A DNA stretch of 64,000 nucleotides from Longimicrobiaceae bacterium (GTDB taxonomy: Bacteria; Gemmatimonadota; Gemmatimonadetes; Longimicrobiales; Longimicrobiaceae), in contig DASVBS010000053.1 in the NCBI GenBank assembly GCA_036375715.1, positions 148,873 to 212,872 on the forward strand. Reading direction: 5' to 3'. How positions within the stretch are numbered: position 1 is the stretch's first letter; every line of letters starts with the position of its first letter. The notes under the pieces were generated by a model. That model did not search any database. It worked only from the letters and a program-made list of their open reading frames with translations, and was not told where the DNA came from. Shown here one piece after another: positions 29,363-40,033 of this stretch. A program made the translations under genes and the position numbers.

Positions 29363-29414
29363 CGTCACGCTTCGCGCGGGCGGGGCGCTTCACTTCACCG
29401 GAGGAAGACCGATC

Positions 29415-29840
29415 ATGCCATATCCAGAGCTGTTGCTGAAGCCGATGCGGGAGGAGCTTACCCGAGTGGGCGTCCAGGAGCTGAAGACGGCCGACGAGGT
29501 CGACGCGGCACTCACCCAGAGCGGGACCACCCTGGTGGTGGTGAATTCCGTTTGCGGATGCGCCGCGCGGAATGCTCGACCCGCGGTGGTGCTCGCGCTT
29601 CGGCACGACGTCGTCCCGGATCGCACCGTTACCGTGTTCGCCGGGCAGGACCTCGAGGCGACCGCCCGGGCGCGTGAATACTTCCACGGCTACCCCCCCT
29701 CCTCCCCTTCGCTCGCGCTCCTCAAGGACGGCGAGCTCGTGTACATGATCGAGCGCCACGGCATCGAGGGCCGGGACGCCGACGAGATCGCCGACGAGCT
29801 GACGCAGGCCTTCGAGCGCTACTGCGGCGCCGGAGTGTAA
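29415..29840 (+). CDS. BrxA/BrxB (YphP/YqiW, DUF1094) bacilliredoxin-family protein
   Basis: VVNSVCGCAA CGC redox motif; 141 aa. Confidence 0.65.
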   Translation: MPYPELLLKPMREELTRVGVQELKTADEVDAALTQSGTTLVVVNSVCGCAARNARPAVVLALRHDVVPDRTVTVFAGQDLEATARAREYFHGYPPSSPSLALLKDGELVYMIERHGIEGRDADEIADELTQAFERYCGAGV

Positions 29841-29961
29841 TTCCCTCCAGCGGGTGTGCGGCCGTGGGTCTCCCTTCCCCGCGGCCGACCCGGAGCACAA
29901 CGCCACCGTCGCACGGGTTTCGGCCGCGCCGGTTACGACGTCCACCAGCTCGGAGCTCGTC

Positions 29962-31824
29962 ATGGCAACGCAAGTCGCTTCCCACGACCACTACGCGGGC
30001 CCGCCGCTGCCCGCGTTCGAGATCGACACGCTCCCCAAGCTGTTCTTCGACTCGGTCGATCATCGCGCGCGGCCCGATGCGGTCCTGTTCAAGCGCGAGA
30101 ACCAGTGGATCCCGCTCTCCCACCGGGAGATCGAGCGACGCGTGGCCGGATTTGCGGCGGCGCTGCTCGAGCTCGGGGTGGAGCCGGGAGATCGCGTGGC
30201 GGTCCTCTCCGAGAACCGCCCGGAATGGATGATCGCCGACTACGCGGTCCTCGGGCTGGGAGCGGTGTACGTTCCCATCTACGCGACTCTACCTGCCAAT
30301 CAGATCGCCTTCATCCTCGCCGATTGCGAGACGAAGGCAATCCTCGTGTCCAACCAGGAGCAATACGACAAGATCGCTTCCATCCGCGACCAGGTACCAA
30401 GCCTTCGACATATCATTGCCTTCGATCATTTCTCCGCTGCGTCCGACGTACTCACCTTCGAGGAGATGGTCGAGCGCGGGAGCCGCACCGAGGATGCGAT
30501 CCAGACCTTCCGCAAGCGGGCGCTCGAAGTCACGCCGGATCAGCTCGCCACGCTGATCTATACCTCGGGAACGATGGGCGATCCCAAGGGGGTCATGCTG
30601 ACCCATCACAACCTCACCTCCAACGTCGCGGCGGTGCGCGCCCATCACGTCATCGATCCCCGACCCGGCGACGTCGGCCTGTCCTTCCTGCCGCTCTCGC
30701 ACGTATTCGAGCGGATGGTCGACTACTACTACTGGGCCGAGGGGATCTGCATTGCCTATGCGGAGTCGATCGAAAAGGTCGCGGAGAACCTGATGGAGGT
30801 CAGACCGCACTACATGGTCTCGGTGCCGCGGCTCTTCGAGAAGATCTACACGCGGGTGATGGGGGCGACGGGGATCCGGCGCGCTCTGGTGATGTGGGCT
30901 AAGCGGGTGGGAGAGGAGTTCGCCGAGCAGACGCTCGCCGGGGCAACGCCAACGGGGGGCCTCGCATTCCAGTACCGGCTCGCCGATCGCCTGGTCTTCT
31001 CCAAGCTGCGCGCGCGCACCGGCGGCCGCCTTCGCGCCGCGATTTCCGGTGGGGCACCGCTGTCCCATGACATCGCCCGCTTCTTCTTCGCGGCGGGGAT
31101 CCCCGTTTACGAGGGATACGGACTCACCGAGACCTCGCCGGTGCTCACGGCCAACCGCCCCGGGAAGGTCAAGCTGGGAACTGTGGGTCAGGCGGTGCCT
31201 GGTACGGAGATCCGGATCGATCCCAATGGTGAGATCGTGGTGCGCGGTCCGCAGATCATGAAGGGGTACTGGAACCGTCCCGACGCCACCACCGCATGCG
31301 TCGAGTCCGACGGCTGGTTCCACACCGGTGACGTGGGGGCGCTGGATGAGGACGGCTTCCTTCGCATCACCGACCGCATCAAGAACCTGATCGTGACTGC
31401 GGGCGGCAAGAACATCGCCCCCCAGCCGATCGAAAACCAGGTGGCACTCTCCCCCTACGTCGCACAGGTGGTGATGCTGGGCGACAAGCGGGCGTATCCG
31501 ACGCTGCTCATCGTTCCCGACTTCGACAACGTCGGCGCGTGGGCGCGCGAGCAGGGGATCACCGTGAGCGACAACCGCGCGCTGGTGAGCGACCCGCGCG
31601 TCAAGGAGTTCCTGGAGAAGGAGGTTTTCGACCGCCTGCAGGGACTCGCCAGGCACGAGATGCCGAAGAAGATCGCCATCGTTCCGGACGAGTTCGGGGT
31701 GGACACCGGTGAGCTCACGCCCAGCCTGAAGGTGAAGCGCCGGGTCGTGGAGGAGCGCTATGCCGACCTGATCGAGAGGATGTACGCGGCTGATGGAGAT
31801 CGAGGGGACACTCGCGACCGCTGA
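29962..31824 (+). CDS. long-chain fatty acid--CoA ligase (AMP-dependent synthetase)
   Basis: AMP-binding motif TSGTMGDPKG, YGLTE, GWFHTGD, and the final Lys region. Start at the internal ATG (29962). Confidence 0.8.
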   Translation: MATQVASHDHYAGPPLPAFEIDTLPKLFFDSVDHRARPDAVLFKRENQWIPLSHREIERRVAGFAAALLELGVEPGDRVAVLSENRPEWMIADYAVLGLGAVYVPIYATLPANQIAFILADCETKAILVSNQEQYDKIASIRDQVPSLRHIIAFDHFSAASDVLTFEEMVERGSRTEDAIQTFRKRALEVTPDQLATLIYTSGTMGDPKGVMLTHHNLTSNVAAVRAHHVIDPRPGDVGLSFLPLSHVFERMVDYYYWAEGICIAYAESIEKVAENLMEVRPHYMVSVPRLFEKIYTRVMGATGIRRALVMWAKRVGEEFAEQTLAGATPTGGLAFQYRLADRLVFSKLRARTGGRLRAAISGGAPLSHDIARFFFAAGIPVYEGYGLTETSPVLTANRPGKVKLGTVGQAVPGTEIRIDPNGEIVVRGPQIMKGYWNRPDATTACVESDGWFHTGDVGALDEDGFLRITDRIKNLIVTAGGKNIAPQPIENQVALSPYVAQVVMLGDKRAYPTLLIVPDFDNVGAWAREQGITVSDNRALVSDPRVKEFLEKEVFDRLQGLARHEMPKKIAIVPDEFGVDTGELTPSLKVKRRVVEERYADLIERMYAADGDRGDTRDR

Positions 31825-32211
31825 TCACTCCTTCACCTCGCTCATCAGCGCAAGCACGTTCCCGGAAGGATCCTCGAGGAATGCCATCCACAGCTCGTGG
31901 TCCGGCAGGCGAGCGATGAGATGCGGCTCGGTCCGGAACCGCACGCCGCGATCGCGCAGCGAGCGGTAGCTCCCCTGCAGGTCGGCGACCCGGTAGTACA
32001 CAATCGATGCGGGGTGTTCGAACTCGGCCGACTCCGGCACCGAGAGCATGATGCGCACGCCGCCGCAGTCGAAGAAGACGGCATTCGGGATCTCCATTAC
32101 CGCCGGTAGGCCCAACATGTCGCGATAGAACGCCGCCGTGAGCGGTAGATCGGTCGCGCGTAGCGCGATCTGGCCGATCCCCGTAATCCCTCCCGCCTCA
32201 GCTGTCGCCAT
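31825..32211 (-). CDS. VOC-family (glyoxalase/bleomycin-resistance fold) protein
   Basis: 128 aa showing the babbb-module pattern. Confidence 0.65.
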   Translation of the reverse strand: MATAEAGGITGIGQIALRATDLPLTAAFYRDMLGLPAVMEIPNAVFFDCGGVRIMLSVPESAEFEHPASIVYYRVADLQGSYRSLRDRGVRFRTEPHLIARLPDHELWMAFLEDPSGNVLALMSEVKE

Positions 32212-32237
32212 GCATCCCCCCTATCGAGGAAAGATTG

Positions 32238-32296
32238 GGATTGCGAATTACGAATCACGAATTGCGTTAAACCGTAATTCGTAATTCGTAATTCCC
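32238..32296. repeat. heptamer-array hairpin (AATTACG-type arms, 6-nt loop)
   Basis: gggattgcgaattacgaatcacgaattgcg-ttaaac-cgtaattcgtaattcgtaattccc. Same heptamer family as the element at 37861..38060. Confidence 0.5.
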
Positions 32297-32413
32297 TAGC
32301 AGCGCCCTCCGCGCGGTCCGCTTTCCCGCTATTTCTGTTCCCGCCTCCGGGAGAACCACCGCGGCGCCAGCGGGTACATCAGCAATCGCGAGCTCTGGCC
32401 TCGCGATTGCTGA

Positions 32414-34762
32414 ATGCCGGGAGGAGATGGTCCTCCCCTTTGCGTGGTGATCGACTTGGAAGGACTCCTCGACAAGATCCGGCAGCGCGCCGAGCAGATC
32501 TGGCGCAGCGTGCGTGCGGAGCTCGCCGCCGCCAGCCGGGATCGCAAGCGTGCGCTGGGACTTCTCGCCTTCGCGGCGGTGGGCCTGGCCTCGAGCAGCG
32601 CCGGGGTCGCGCTCGGTGCCTGGTCGCAGGCCTGTGCGGGCGGATGTCCGACGGCGGAGCAGGTGGCCGAATTGGCTCCGCAGGAGGCGTCGGTCGTCCT
32701 CGACGCCGGCGGCGCGACGCTGGGCCTCCTGTACCGTGAACGCCGCCAGCTCGTGGAGCTGGAGACCCTTCCGCGCCACGTGCCGCTGGCCTTCGTGGCG
32801 GTGGAGGATCGCCGCTTCTTCGAGCACGGCGGGGTGGACGTCGTGCGCTTCCTCGCCGCCGTGCGTGACAACCTCTTCGGCGGGTGGGGCGGACCCGGCG
32901 GCAGCACGATCACCATGCAGCTCGCGCGCAACCTGTTTCCGCAGCAGCTCCCCATTCGCGAGAAGTCGCTGCGCCGCAAGCTCGCTGAGATCCGGCTCGC
33001 GCGGGAGATGGAGAAGCGCTTCTCCAAGGAGCGCATCCTGGAGCTGTACCTGAACCACATCTACCTTGGCAGCGGCGCCTACGGCGTGGAAGCCGCGGCC
33101 CGTACCTACTTCGGCAAGCCTGCCGCGCAGCTCACCGTCGCCGAAGCCGCCACCCTTGCGGCCCTTCCCAAGGCGCCGAGCTTCTACGACCCGCGACGCA
33201 ATCCCGAGGCGGCGCGCAACCGCCGCAACCTCGTGCTGCGCGAGATGGCGGAGACCGGGGTGATCACCGAGGAGGAGGCGGAGACACTTCGCCGGTTGCC
33301 GCTTGTGCTGGCTCCCCCGCGCGGCCTGGAGCGAGCACCGTACGTGGTGGAGCTCGTCCGACGAGAGCTGGAGGACCGCTTCGGGGAGCTGCTATACACC
33401 GGGGGGCTCCGCATCTACACGACCATCGACTCGGCGCTGCAGGCGGAGGCGGAGGCCGCCCTCGAGGATCACCTGCGCGAGATCGAATCGGGCGCCTACG
33501 GTCCATACCGCCACCAGACATACGAGGATTTCGTCGAGGAGGCGGCGGACCAGGAGCGAGTGGCACAGACCCCTTACCTACAGGGCGTCGTGGTGGTCCT
33601 CGACCCGACGACCGGTGCCGTTCGCGCCCTGGTCGGTGGTCGAGACTTCGAGCACTCGCAGTTCAACCGTGCCACGCAGGCACTCCGGCAACCCGGGTCC
33701 GCCTTCAAGCCCTTCGTCTACGCCGCCGCCATCGAGAAGGGGCGCTCGCCGTTGTCGCTCGTGCACGACGTACCCATCTCGGTGAGACAACCCGATGGCA
33801 CCTACTGGTCGCCGAAGAACTACGACGGCACGATCGGCGGCACGATGACGATGCGCGAAGCGCTGCGTCAGTCCAGGAACCTGGCCACGATCCGGCTGGG
33901 CCAGGAGGTGGGGATGACCGCGGTGCGAAACGTCGCTCGTCGTGCGGGTTTGGAGACGCCGATCCCGGATTACCCATCGGTCTACATCGGCGCCGCGGCG
34001 GTGCATCCGATCGACCTGGTGGCCGCCTACGGAACCTTTGCGAACGCGGGATTGCGGGTGTCGCCGCGCTTCATCCGCCGCATCGAGGACCGCAATGGCG
34101 AGGTGCTGTGGGAGCCTACCTCCGCTCCGACCCCCGCTCTTCCCCCCGGCCTGGCCTGGATCGTCACGGACATGCTCCGCGAAGTGGTCGATCGGGGGAC
34201 CGGCTACAACGTTCGCAACCCGGCGGTCGGGAACATTCCGTATGACATTCCGGTCGCCGGGAAGACGGGCACGACCAACTCCAACACCGATGTCTGGTTC
34301 ATCGGCTACACCCCCGATCTGCTCGCCGGAGTCTGGCTCGGATTCGACGAGCCGAAGACCATCACCTCGGGGGCGACCGGAGGTGGATTCGCCGTTCCGG
34401 TGTGGGCACGCGTTGTGCGCAAGTACTATGAGAATCACGAGGTTCCGCGTCCCTGGGAACGGCCGTCCGGGGTGATCGTTCGGGACATCAGCACGCTCAC
34501 CGGTCGGCCGGTTACCGAGGATTGTCCGTTCGCGGTGAGCACCCGGCCAGACTTCTTCCTGGCTTCGAGCGCTCCCGAACCAGGGTGTGGGTCGCCGGAG
34601 GAGTTCGTGGATCCCACTCCCTGGCTGCCAGGGCGGCCGGTGGTGCCAGGACAGCCTCGGGTCCCGCGTCCGGAGGATTTCATCGATGAGTCAGAACCGG
34701 GCGACGGGGCAGAAGCGGACGACGATGCGGAAACCGACCCGAGCGGGGAGGTGGTCCCCTAG
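32414..34762 (+). CDS. class A penicillin-binding protein (PBP1A-type; GT51 + transpeptidase)
   Basis: EDRRFFEHGG, GGSTITMQL, RKLAE, ELYLNHIYLG, plus transpeptidase motifs SAFKP, SRN and KTGTT. Confidence 0.85.
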   Translation: MPGGDGPPLCVVIDLEGLLDKIRQRAEQIWRSVRAELAAASRDRKRALGLLAFAAVGLASSSAGVALGAWSQACAGGCPTAEQVAELAPQEASVVLDAGGATLGLLYRERRQLVELETLPRHVPLAFVAVEDRRFFEHGGVDVVRFLAAVRDNLFGGWGGPGGSTITMQLARNLFPQQLPIREKSLRRKLAEIRLAREMEKRFSKERILELYLNHIYLGSGAYGVEAAARTYFGKPAAQLTVAEAATLAALPKAPSFYDPRRNPEAARNRRNLVLREMAETGVITEEEAETLRRLPLVLAPPRGLERAPYVVELVRRELEDRFGELLYTGGLRIYTTIDSALQAEAEAALEDHLREIESGAYGPYRHQTYEDFVEEAADQERVAQTPYLQGVVVVLDPTTGAVRALVGGRDFEHSQFNRATQALRQPGSAFKPFVYAAAIEKGRSPLSLVHDVPISVRQPDGTYWSPKNYDGTIGGTMTMREALRQSRNLATIRLGQEVGMTAVRNVARRAGLETPIPDYPSVYIGAAAVHPIDLVAAYGTFANAGLRVSPRFIRRIEDRNGEVLWEPTSAPTPALPPGLAWIVTDMLREVVDRGTGYNVRNPAVGNIPYDIPVAGKTGTTNSNTDVWFIGYTPDLLAGVWLGFDEPKTITSGATGGGFAVPVWARVVRKYYENHEVPRPWERPSGVIVRDISTLTGRPVTEDCPFAVSTRPDFFLASSAPEPGCGSPEEFVDPTPWLPGRPVVPGQPRVPRPEDFIDESEPGDGAEADDDAETDPSGEVVP

Positions 34763-34774
34763 CCAACACTGAGC

Positions 34775-37165
34775 ATGGCCGACAAGCCGACGGTTGGACG
34801 AGTGACCCTGTGGACGATGGCCGCCCTGAGCACGATCGGGGCGGCCATCTTTGCCTGGATCTGGTTCGCGCCGTGCTGGCTTGGCGGGTGTGCGCCGCTG
34901 GAGGATCTGGCGGAGTTCCAGGCTGAGGGGTCCGAGCTACTCGACATCAACGGCCAGCCGTTTGCCACCCTTGCCACCGTGAACCGCCGCATCGTCTCGA
35001 TAGACTCCCTTCCGCCTTACCTCCCCCAAGCCTTCATCGCCATCGAGGATCAGCGCTTCTACGACCACGGCGGCATCGATTTCCGCCGGCTCGTGGGGGC
35101 ACTCCTCAGCAACCTGCGGGCGGGCGGGGTGCAGGAGGGGGGTAGCACCATCACGCAGCAGCTCGCGCGGAATCTCTTCCCGGAGTGGCTGCCGTACACC
35201 GAGCGCAACCTGCGACGCAAGATCCTGGAGGCGCGCGTCGCCCGCCAGATCGAGCGCCAGTTCACCAAGGACAAGATCCTCGAGCTGTACCTGAACCATA
35301 TCTACCTCGGGAACGGTGCATACGGCGTGGAGGCGGCCGCCCGGGCCTACTTCGACAAGTCGGCCGCGGACCTCTCGCTGGAGGAGGCGGCGACCCTCGC
35401 CGCGCTTCCCGCCTCCCCCTCCCGCCTGGATCCAACCCGCAACCCGGAAGGCGCGCGCACCCGGCGAGACCTGGTGCTGTCGCGCATGGTCGAAGCCGGA
35501 TTCATCACAGACGAGGAGGCACTCGAGGCCAGCGACAACGAGATCGTCCTGGATCCGGGGGACGGGGATGGGACGGACGGCCCGTCGAGCTCGTACTTCG
35601 TGGAGGCGGTGCGGCAGGAGATGGAGCAGATCGTCGGGTCGCGCCTCTACTCCTCGGGCCTGACGATCCACACCACCCTGGATCTGCAGGCCCAGCGCGC
35701 CGCGGAGGAAGAGCTCAGGCGGCAGCTCGAGGCGATCGAATCCGGACGCTACGGTACCTACCGGCACCCGACCTACGCGGCCGCACGGGACACGATGCCG
35801 TCCGGGGAAACGCCGTATCTGCAGGGCGCTGTGGTGATCATGGACGTCGGGACCGGCGAGGTCCGGGCAATGGTCGGCGGCCGCGACTTCGGGGACTCCA
35901 AGTTCAACCGTGCCACGCAGGCGCTGCGCCAGGCAGGCTCGGCCTTCAAGCCGTTCGTCTTCCTGGCGGCGCTTCGACGCTTCGGAACGCCGGCGCACGT
36001 CGTCCAGGATGTCCCGGTGCGCATTCAGCTCACCGCGAATCGCGTATGGGAGCCGCGGAATTACACCGGGGGCTACGAGGGGCCGATGCTGCTGCGCGAC
36101 GCTCTGGCCCGCTCGAAGAACTCGGTCGCCGCGCAGCTCGGCCAGCAAGTGGGGATCGAGACGGTGGCCAGCCTCGCGCACGACCTGGGCATATCCACGG
36201 AAATTCCGGTGTTCCCCGCGACCGCGCTCGGCGCGGCCGAAGTGCGGCCGATCGAGCTGGTGAATGCCTACGCCGCCTTCGCCAACGGAGGACGCCGGGT
36301 CGAGCCCCACTACATCCGCCGCATCGTCGACCGACACGGGCGCACGGTCTGGGAAGCCTCGCCGCGGAGCCAGCAGGTTCTGGATCCCGCCCAGGCCTTC
36401 GTCCTCACGTCGATGCTGCAGGACGTGGTGGATCGCGGCACGGGCACGGCAGTACGAGCGGTCGGATTCCGAGGCGCCGCCGCCGGAAAGACGGGCACTA
36501 CCAACGATGCCGCGGACGTCTGGTTCGTCGGCTACACGCCCGAGCTGGTCGCCGGCGTCTGGATCGGGCTGGACCGGCGGCAGACCATCGTGCGGGGTGC
36601 GTCCGGAGGAACCCTCGCGGCTCCGGTCTGGGGTCGGTTGATGCGACGCGTGTACGCGGACAGGCCGCTCCCTCAAGGCTGGAGTCCTCCTCCGGGCGTA
36701 CGGACCGCCGAAGTGCTCCGAGCAACAGGCGAGGTGGAGAACCCTCAGTGCCCGACCGGCGGAGAGACGTACACGGAGTACTTCCTCTCCACGCCACCGG
36801 CCCCGCGCTACTGCGACAACGGCTATCCCAGCTACTCGCTCGACCGGGACACCCTCTGGGGAGACGAGGAGTGGGGCTCCGAGCTCCCTCCGCTGGACAC
36901 GATCTACGCGGACAGCGGGATCGACTGGCCGGAGCTGGAGGCCCTGCGCCGCCGCGCCGCAGATTCGCTGTCCTATCCGTTGCCGCCCGGAGCGGACACG
37001 CTGGGAGTGGAGGTCACCCGGGAGCTACCGCCGGCGGTCGACCCCGTAACGGGCGAAAAGGAGGGGGACGAAGCCGGCGAGCTCGAGCCGGATACGGGGG
37101 AGGAACGCGAGGTGCTCCCCCGTGAGCCTCCGCGGGTGCTGGGCGTACCGGTCCCGCGCGAGTAA
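34775..37165 (+). CDS. class A penicillin-binding protein, tandem paralog
   Basis: EDQRFYDHGG, GGSTITQQL, ELYLNHIYLG, SAFKP, SKN, KTGTT. Acidic C-terminal tail. Confidence 0.85.
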   Translation: MADKPTVGRVTLWTMAALSTIGAAIFAWIWFAPCWLGGCAPLEDLAEFQAEGSELLDINGQPFATLATVNRRIVSIDSLPPYLPQAFIAIEDQRFYDHGGIDFRRLVGALLSNLRAGGVQEGGSTITQQLARNLFPEWLPYTERNLRRKILEARVARQIERQFTKDKILELYLNHIYLGNGAYGVEAAARAYFDKSAADLSLEEAATLAALPASPSRLDPTRNPEGARTRRDLVLSRMVEAGFITDEEALEASDNEIVLDPGDGDGTDGPSSSYFVEAVRQEMEQIVGSRLYSSGLTIHTTLDLQAQRAAEEELRRQLEAIESGRYGTYRHPTYAAARDTMPSGETPYLQGAVVIMDVGTGEVRAMVGGRDFGDSKFNRATQALRQAGSAFKPFVFLAALRRFGTPAHVVQDVPVRIQLTANRVWEPRNYTGGYEGPMLLRDALARSKNSVAAQLGQQVGIETVASLAHDLGISTEIPVFPATALGAAEVRPIELVNAYAAFANGGRRVEPHYIRRIVDRHGRTVWEASPRSQQVLDPAQAFVLTSMLQDVVDRGTGTAVRAVGFRGAAAGKTGTTNDAADVWFVGYTPELVAGVWIGLDRRQTIVRGASGGTLAAPVWGRLMRRVYADRPLPQGWSPPPGVRTAEVLRATGEVENPQCPTGGETYTEYFLSTPPAPRYCDNGYPSYSLDRDTLWGDEEWGSELPPLDTIYADSGIDWPELEALRRRAADSLSYPLPPGADTLGVEVTRELPPAVDPVTGEKEGDEAGELEPDTGEEREVLPREPPRVLGVPVPRE

Positions 37166-37301
37166 GCGCCGATCCGCTTGTGGCGAGCCTGGATGTAGCG
37201 GTGGCTACGGAACTTGCGTAGAACAGCGCGGTACAGAGGGGTTCGACCGTGGGCCAGCGGGAACGGCCCACGATTCATTTCTCGCTTCAGCGCTCCGAAC
37301 T

Positions 37302-37853
37302 ATGATGCGAAAGGCCCGTCGTTCTCTGGTCCGACTCGTTACGATCGCGGCCGTTGCGATCCCCGGGGCGCTGGGCGCCCAGGATGCTCCCGCGGCTCCA
37401 CAGGAGCTCACGCCGGAGGTACAGGGCTGGCTGGCGGAGCTTCAGCAGCTCCACGTGCAGCTCACCCAGCTGCAGGAGAAGGCGCTGCAGGATCCGCAAC
37501 TCGCCGCGCAACGCGACTCGCTCGGCGCTCACATCCGGGCCGAAATGGAAACGATCGACCCGGAGCTCCCGACGAAGATGAGCCGGATCCCCCAGATGGA
37601 AGCGGAGGCCGCCGCTGCGGAAGCGCAGAAGGACGAGGCCAAGCTCGCGGCGCTCCGCACCGAAGCGCAGCAGATCGAGCAGCAGTTCCTGCGCGCTCAG
37701 CAACAGGCGCTCCAGAAGCCCGAGCTTGCCGCCGAGCTGAACGCCTTCCAGACCGCCCTGGAAGCCCGCATTCTCGAGACAGACCCGGAGGCCCCACGCC
37801 TCATGGCGCGTTTCCAGGAGCTGGAGGAGAAGCTGGCGAAGGCGGCGCAGTGA
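37302..37853 (+). CDS. secreted coiled-coil protein with LTxxQ motifs (Spy/CpxP-like periplasmic protein)
   Basis: Signal peptide, LTPEVQ / LTQLQE motifs, Gln/Ala/Glu-rich helices. Confidence 0.45.
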   Translation: MMRKARRSLVRLVTIAAVAIPGALGAQDAPAAPQELTPEVQGWLAELQQLHVQLTQLQEKALQDPQLAAQRDSLGAHIRAEMETIDPELPTKMSRIPQMEAEAAAAEAQKDEAKLAALRTEAQQIEQQFLRAQQQALQKPELAAELNAFQTALEARILETDPEAPRLMARFQELEEKLAKAAQ

Positions 37854-37860
37854 CCGGGCC

Positions 37861-38060
37861 GGAATTACGAATTACGGATTACGGATTTTGTCTTCCTGAG
37901 CGGAACCGGGTAGGGGCGGAGCGAAGGATCGCATGCCCGTAACAATGCAGGAGATACTTCGCTTCGCTCGGACGATAGGGCTGGGTGGTCGAGACGAGAG
38001 GGGTCGGCAACCAGATGGCGGGGGCGGCAAGTAATTCGTAATCCGTAATTCGTAATTTCC
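37861..38060. repeat. heptamer-array inverted-repeat element (AATTACG/GATTACG arms of about 28 bp flanking a 142-bp core)
   Basis: Left arm ggaattacgaattacggattacggatt; right arm agtaattcgtaatccgtaattcgtaatttcc. Fills the gap between convergent genes. Confidence 0.55.
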
Positions 38061-38095
38061 CCCGCTCGACCCCACCTCTTTGTCCGCAACCTGTT

Positions 38096-40033
38096 TTACC
38101 GGTATCCTGCCGCTTGCAGGGTAAACAGCTCCGCGTAACGGCCGCCGAGCGCGAGTAGCTCGGCGTGGCTGCCTTCTTCCAGCACGCGCCCGTCCTCGAG
38201 CACCAGGATCCGGTCGGCCATGCGCACGGTCGAGAACCGGTGCGAGATGAGGATGGCGATCTTCCCGGCTGTCAGGTCGGCGAAGCGTTGGAAGACTTCG
38301 TACTCCGCCCGCGCGTCGAGGGCGGCCGTCGGCTCGTCCAGGATGAGCACCTGCGCGTCGCGCATGTAGGCGCGCGCCAGCGCCACCTTCTGCCACTGTC
38401 CTCCGGAGAGGTCCACACCCCCCTCGAAGCGCCGCCCGAGCATCGTCTCGTATCGCTCCGGCAGCGATTCCACCACCCCCGCCGCCAGCGACCGGTCTGC
38501 AGCGTCGCGTATCCGTGATCTGGCGGTCTCGGGCGCCTCGGTGAGCGCGGAGATCCTGCCTGCCGCGATGTTTTCCGCCGCCCTCATGTCGTAGCGAACG
38601 AAGTCCTGGAAGATCACCCCGACCTCGTGGTGGTATTCCTCCGGATCGTACTCCGAGAGCGGATAGCCGTCCAGCAGAATCTCTCCCCGAGTCGGTTCGT
38701 ACAGCCGCAGCAGCAGCTTGATCAGCGTGGTCTTGCCCGCGCCGTTCTCCCCCACCAACGCCAGCTTTCCCGAGGGTGGAATTCGCAGATTGATCCCTCG
38801 CAACACCCAGGACGGGTCGTCGTCGGGTGGCAGCGGTTCGCTCGCCGCAACGCTCTCCCCCTCCCTGCCGTTCTCGGACGGGCCCGCGCCAGGCGGGTAG
38901 CGGAACCAGACGTCACGGAACTCGAAGCCGATCCGGATCGGCCGCGGCACCGGTCGCGGGTTCGGAGGCCGACGAATGGTCGGTTGCATGGAGAAGAAGA
39001 CGAAGAGATCGTCCAGATAGAGCGCCTGCTCGTAGAGCTCGCTGGTGGTGAGAAGGGTGCGCTGCACCAAATCGCGGGACCGCGAGAACGTACCGCTCAG
39101 CAGGGTGAGATCTCCGACGCTGAGCGCGCCCCGTACGGTGCGGTAGACGATGATCCCGAAGGCGGCGTAGTAACCGAGGGTGGAGAGCATCGACAAGCCG
39201 GTTCCGACGGCGTTGCGACGGATCGCGAGCGCGCGGTTGGCAACATAGTATTCGTCCGCGAGCCGGGCGTACTCGTCTATGAGATACCGGGAGAGCCCGA
39301 AGAGCTTGATCTCCTTCGCCGTGGCGTCGGACGCGGCGATGAATCGGTAGTAGTCCAGCTTGCGCCGCTCAGGGGTCCACTGGTAGAGGAGCGAGTACCC
39401 CAGAGCGGCGTAGTGCGTCTCCCCGAGGAAGGCGGGAATCAAGGCGGCCAGCAACAGCAGGAAGAGCAGCGGGCTGAAGGCCAGGAGGGTACCGACGAGC
39501 GTCGCCAGGGTCACCAGGTCCTGGGCCAGCCCGAACAGCCTCGTCAGCAGAGCGAGGCGACCGACCGTCTGCCGACGGGCCCGTTCGAGCCGGTCGTAGA
39601 AGACCGGGTCCTCGAAGTGCTTCAGATCGAGCGTGGCGGCGTGCTCCATCAGGCGCACGCTCATTCGATTGGAGAAGAGGTCGCCCAGCAGCGACTCCAG
39701 CAGCGTCGAGCTGCGGGCCGCTACCTCTCCCACCACTACGATCCCCAGCTCGATCAGGACCAGGGCCGTCAGGTAGCTCCAGCGCGGCTCCCCCGTCTGC
39801 ACGTCCAGCACGATGGCATCCACCAGCAGCTTCCCCACCCACAGACTGGCCACCGGCACGAAGGCGCGGATCAACCGCAGGACGGCGATGCCGATCAGGT
39901 AGCCGCGATGAGTCTCCCAGATCAGCCGGATGAACGGGGGAACGTTGCGCATGGCGCGCAGCCGCTCCTTCAGGTTCGGGGGCGGCGTGTTCGTCCGGCG
40001 TGCTCGGGGAGGACGGGATCCATGCGTAGCCAT
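38096..40033 (-). CDS. ABC exporter, fused permease/ATPase (MsbA/MdlB-like)
   Basis: Six TM helices; Walker A GENGAGKTT, signature LSGGQWQK, Walker B ILILDE. An insertion of about 30 aa precedes the Walker A. Confidence 0.8.
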   Translation of the reverse strand: MATHGSRPPRARRTNTPPPNLKERLRAMRNVPPFIRLIWETHRGYLIGIAVLRLIRAFVPVASLWVGKLLVDAIVLDVQTGEPRWSYLTALVLIELGIVVVGEVAARSSTLLESLLGDLFSNRMSVRLMEHAATLDLKHFEDPVFYDRLERARRQTVGRLALLTRLFGLAQDLVTLATLVGTLLAFSPLLFLLLLAALIPAFLGETHYAALGYSLLYQWTPERRKLDYYRFIAASDATAKEIKLFGLSRYLIDEYARLADEYYVANRALAIRRNAVGTGLSMLSTLGYYAAFGIIVYRTVRGALSVGDLTLLSGTFSRSRDLVQRTLLTTSELYEQALYLDDLFVFFSMQPTIRRPPNPRPVPRPIRIGFEFRDVWFRYPPGAGPSENGREGESVAASEPLPPDDDPSWVLRGINLRIPPSGKLALVGENGAGKTTLIKLLLRLYEPTRGEILLDGYPLSEYDPEEYHHEVGVIFQDFVRYDMRAAENIAAGRISALTEAPETARSRIRDAADRSLAAGVVESLPERYETMLGRRFEGGVDLSGGQWQKVALARAYMRDAQVLILDEPTAALDARAEYEVFQRFADLTAGKIAILISHRFSTVRMADRILVLEDGRVLEEGSHAELLALGGRYAELFTLQAAGYR

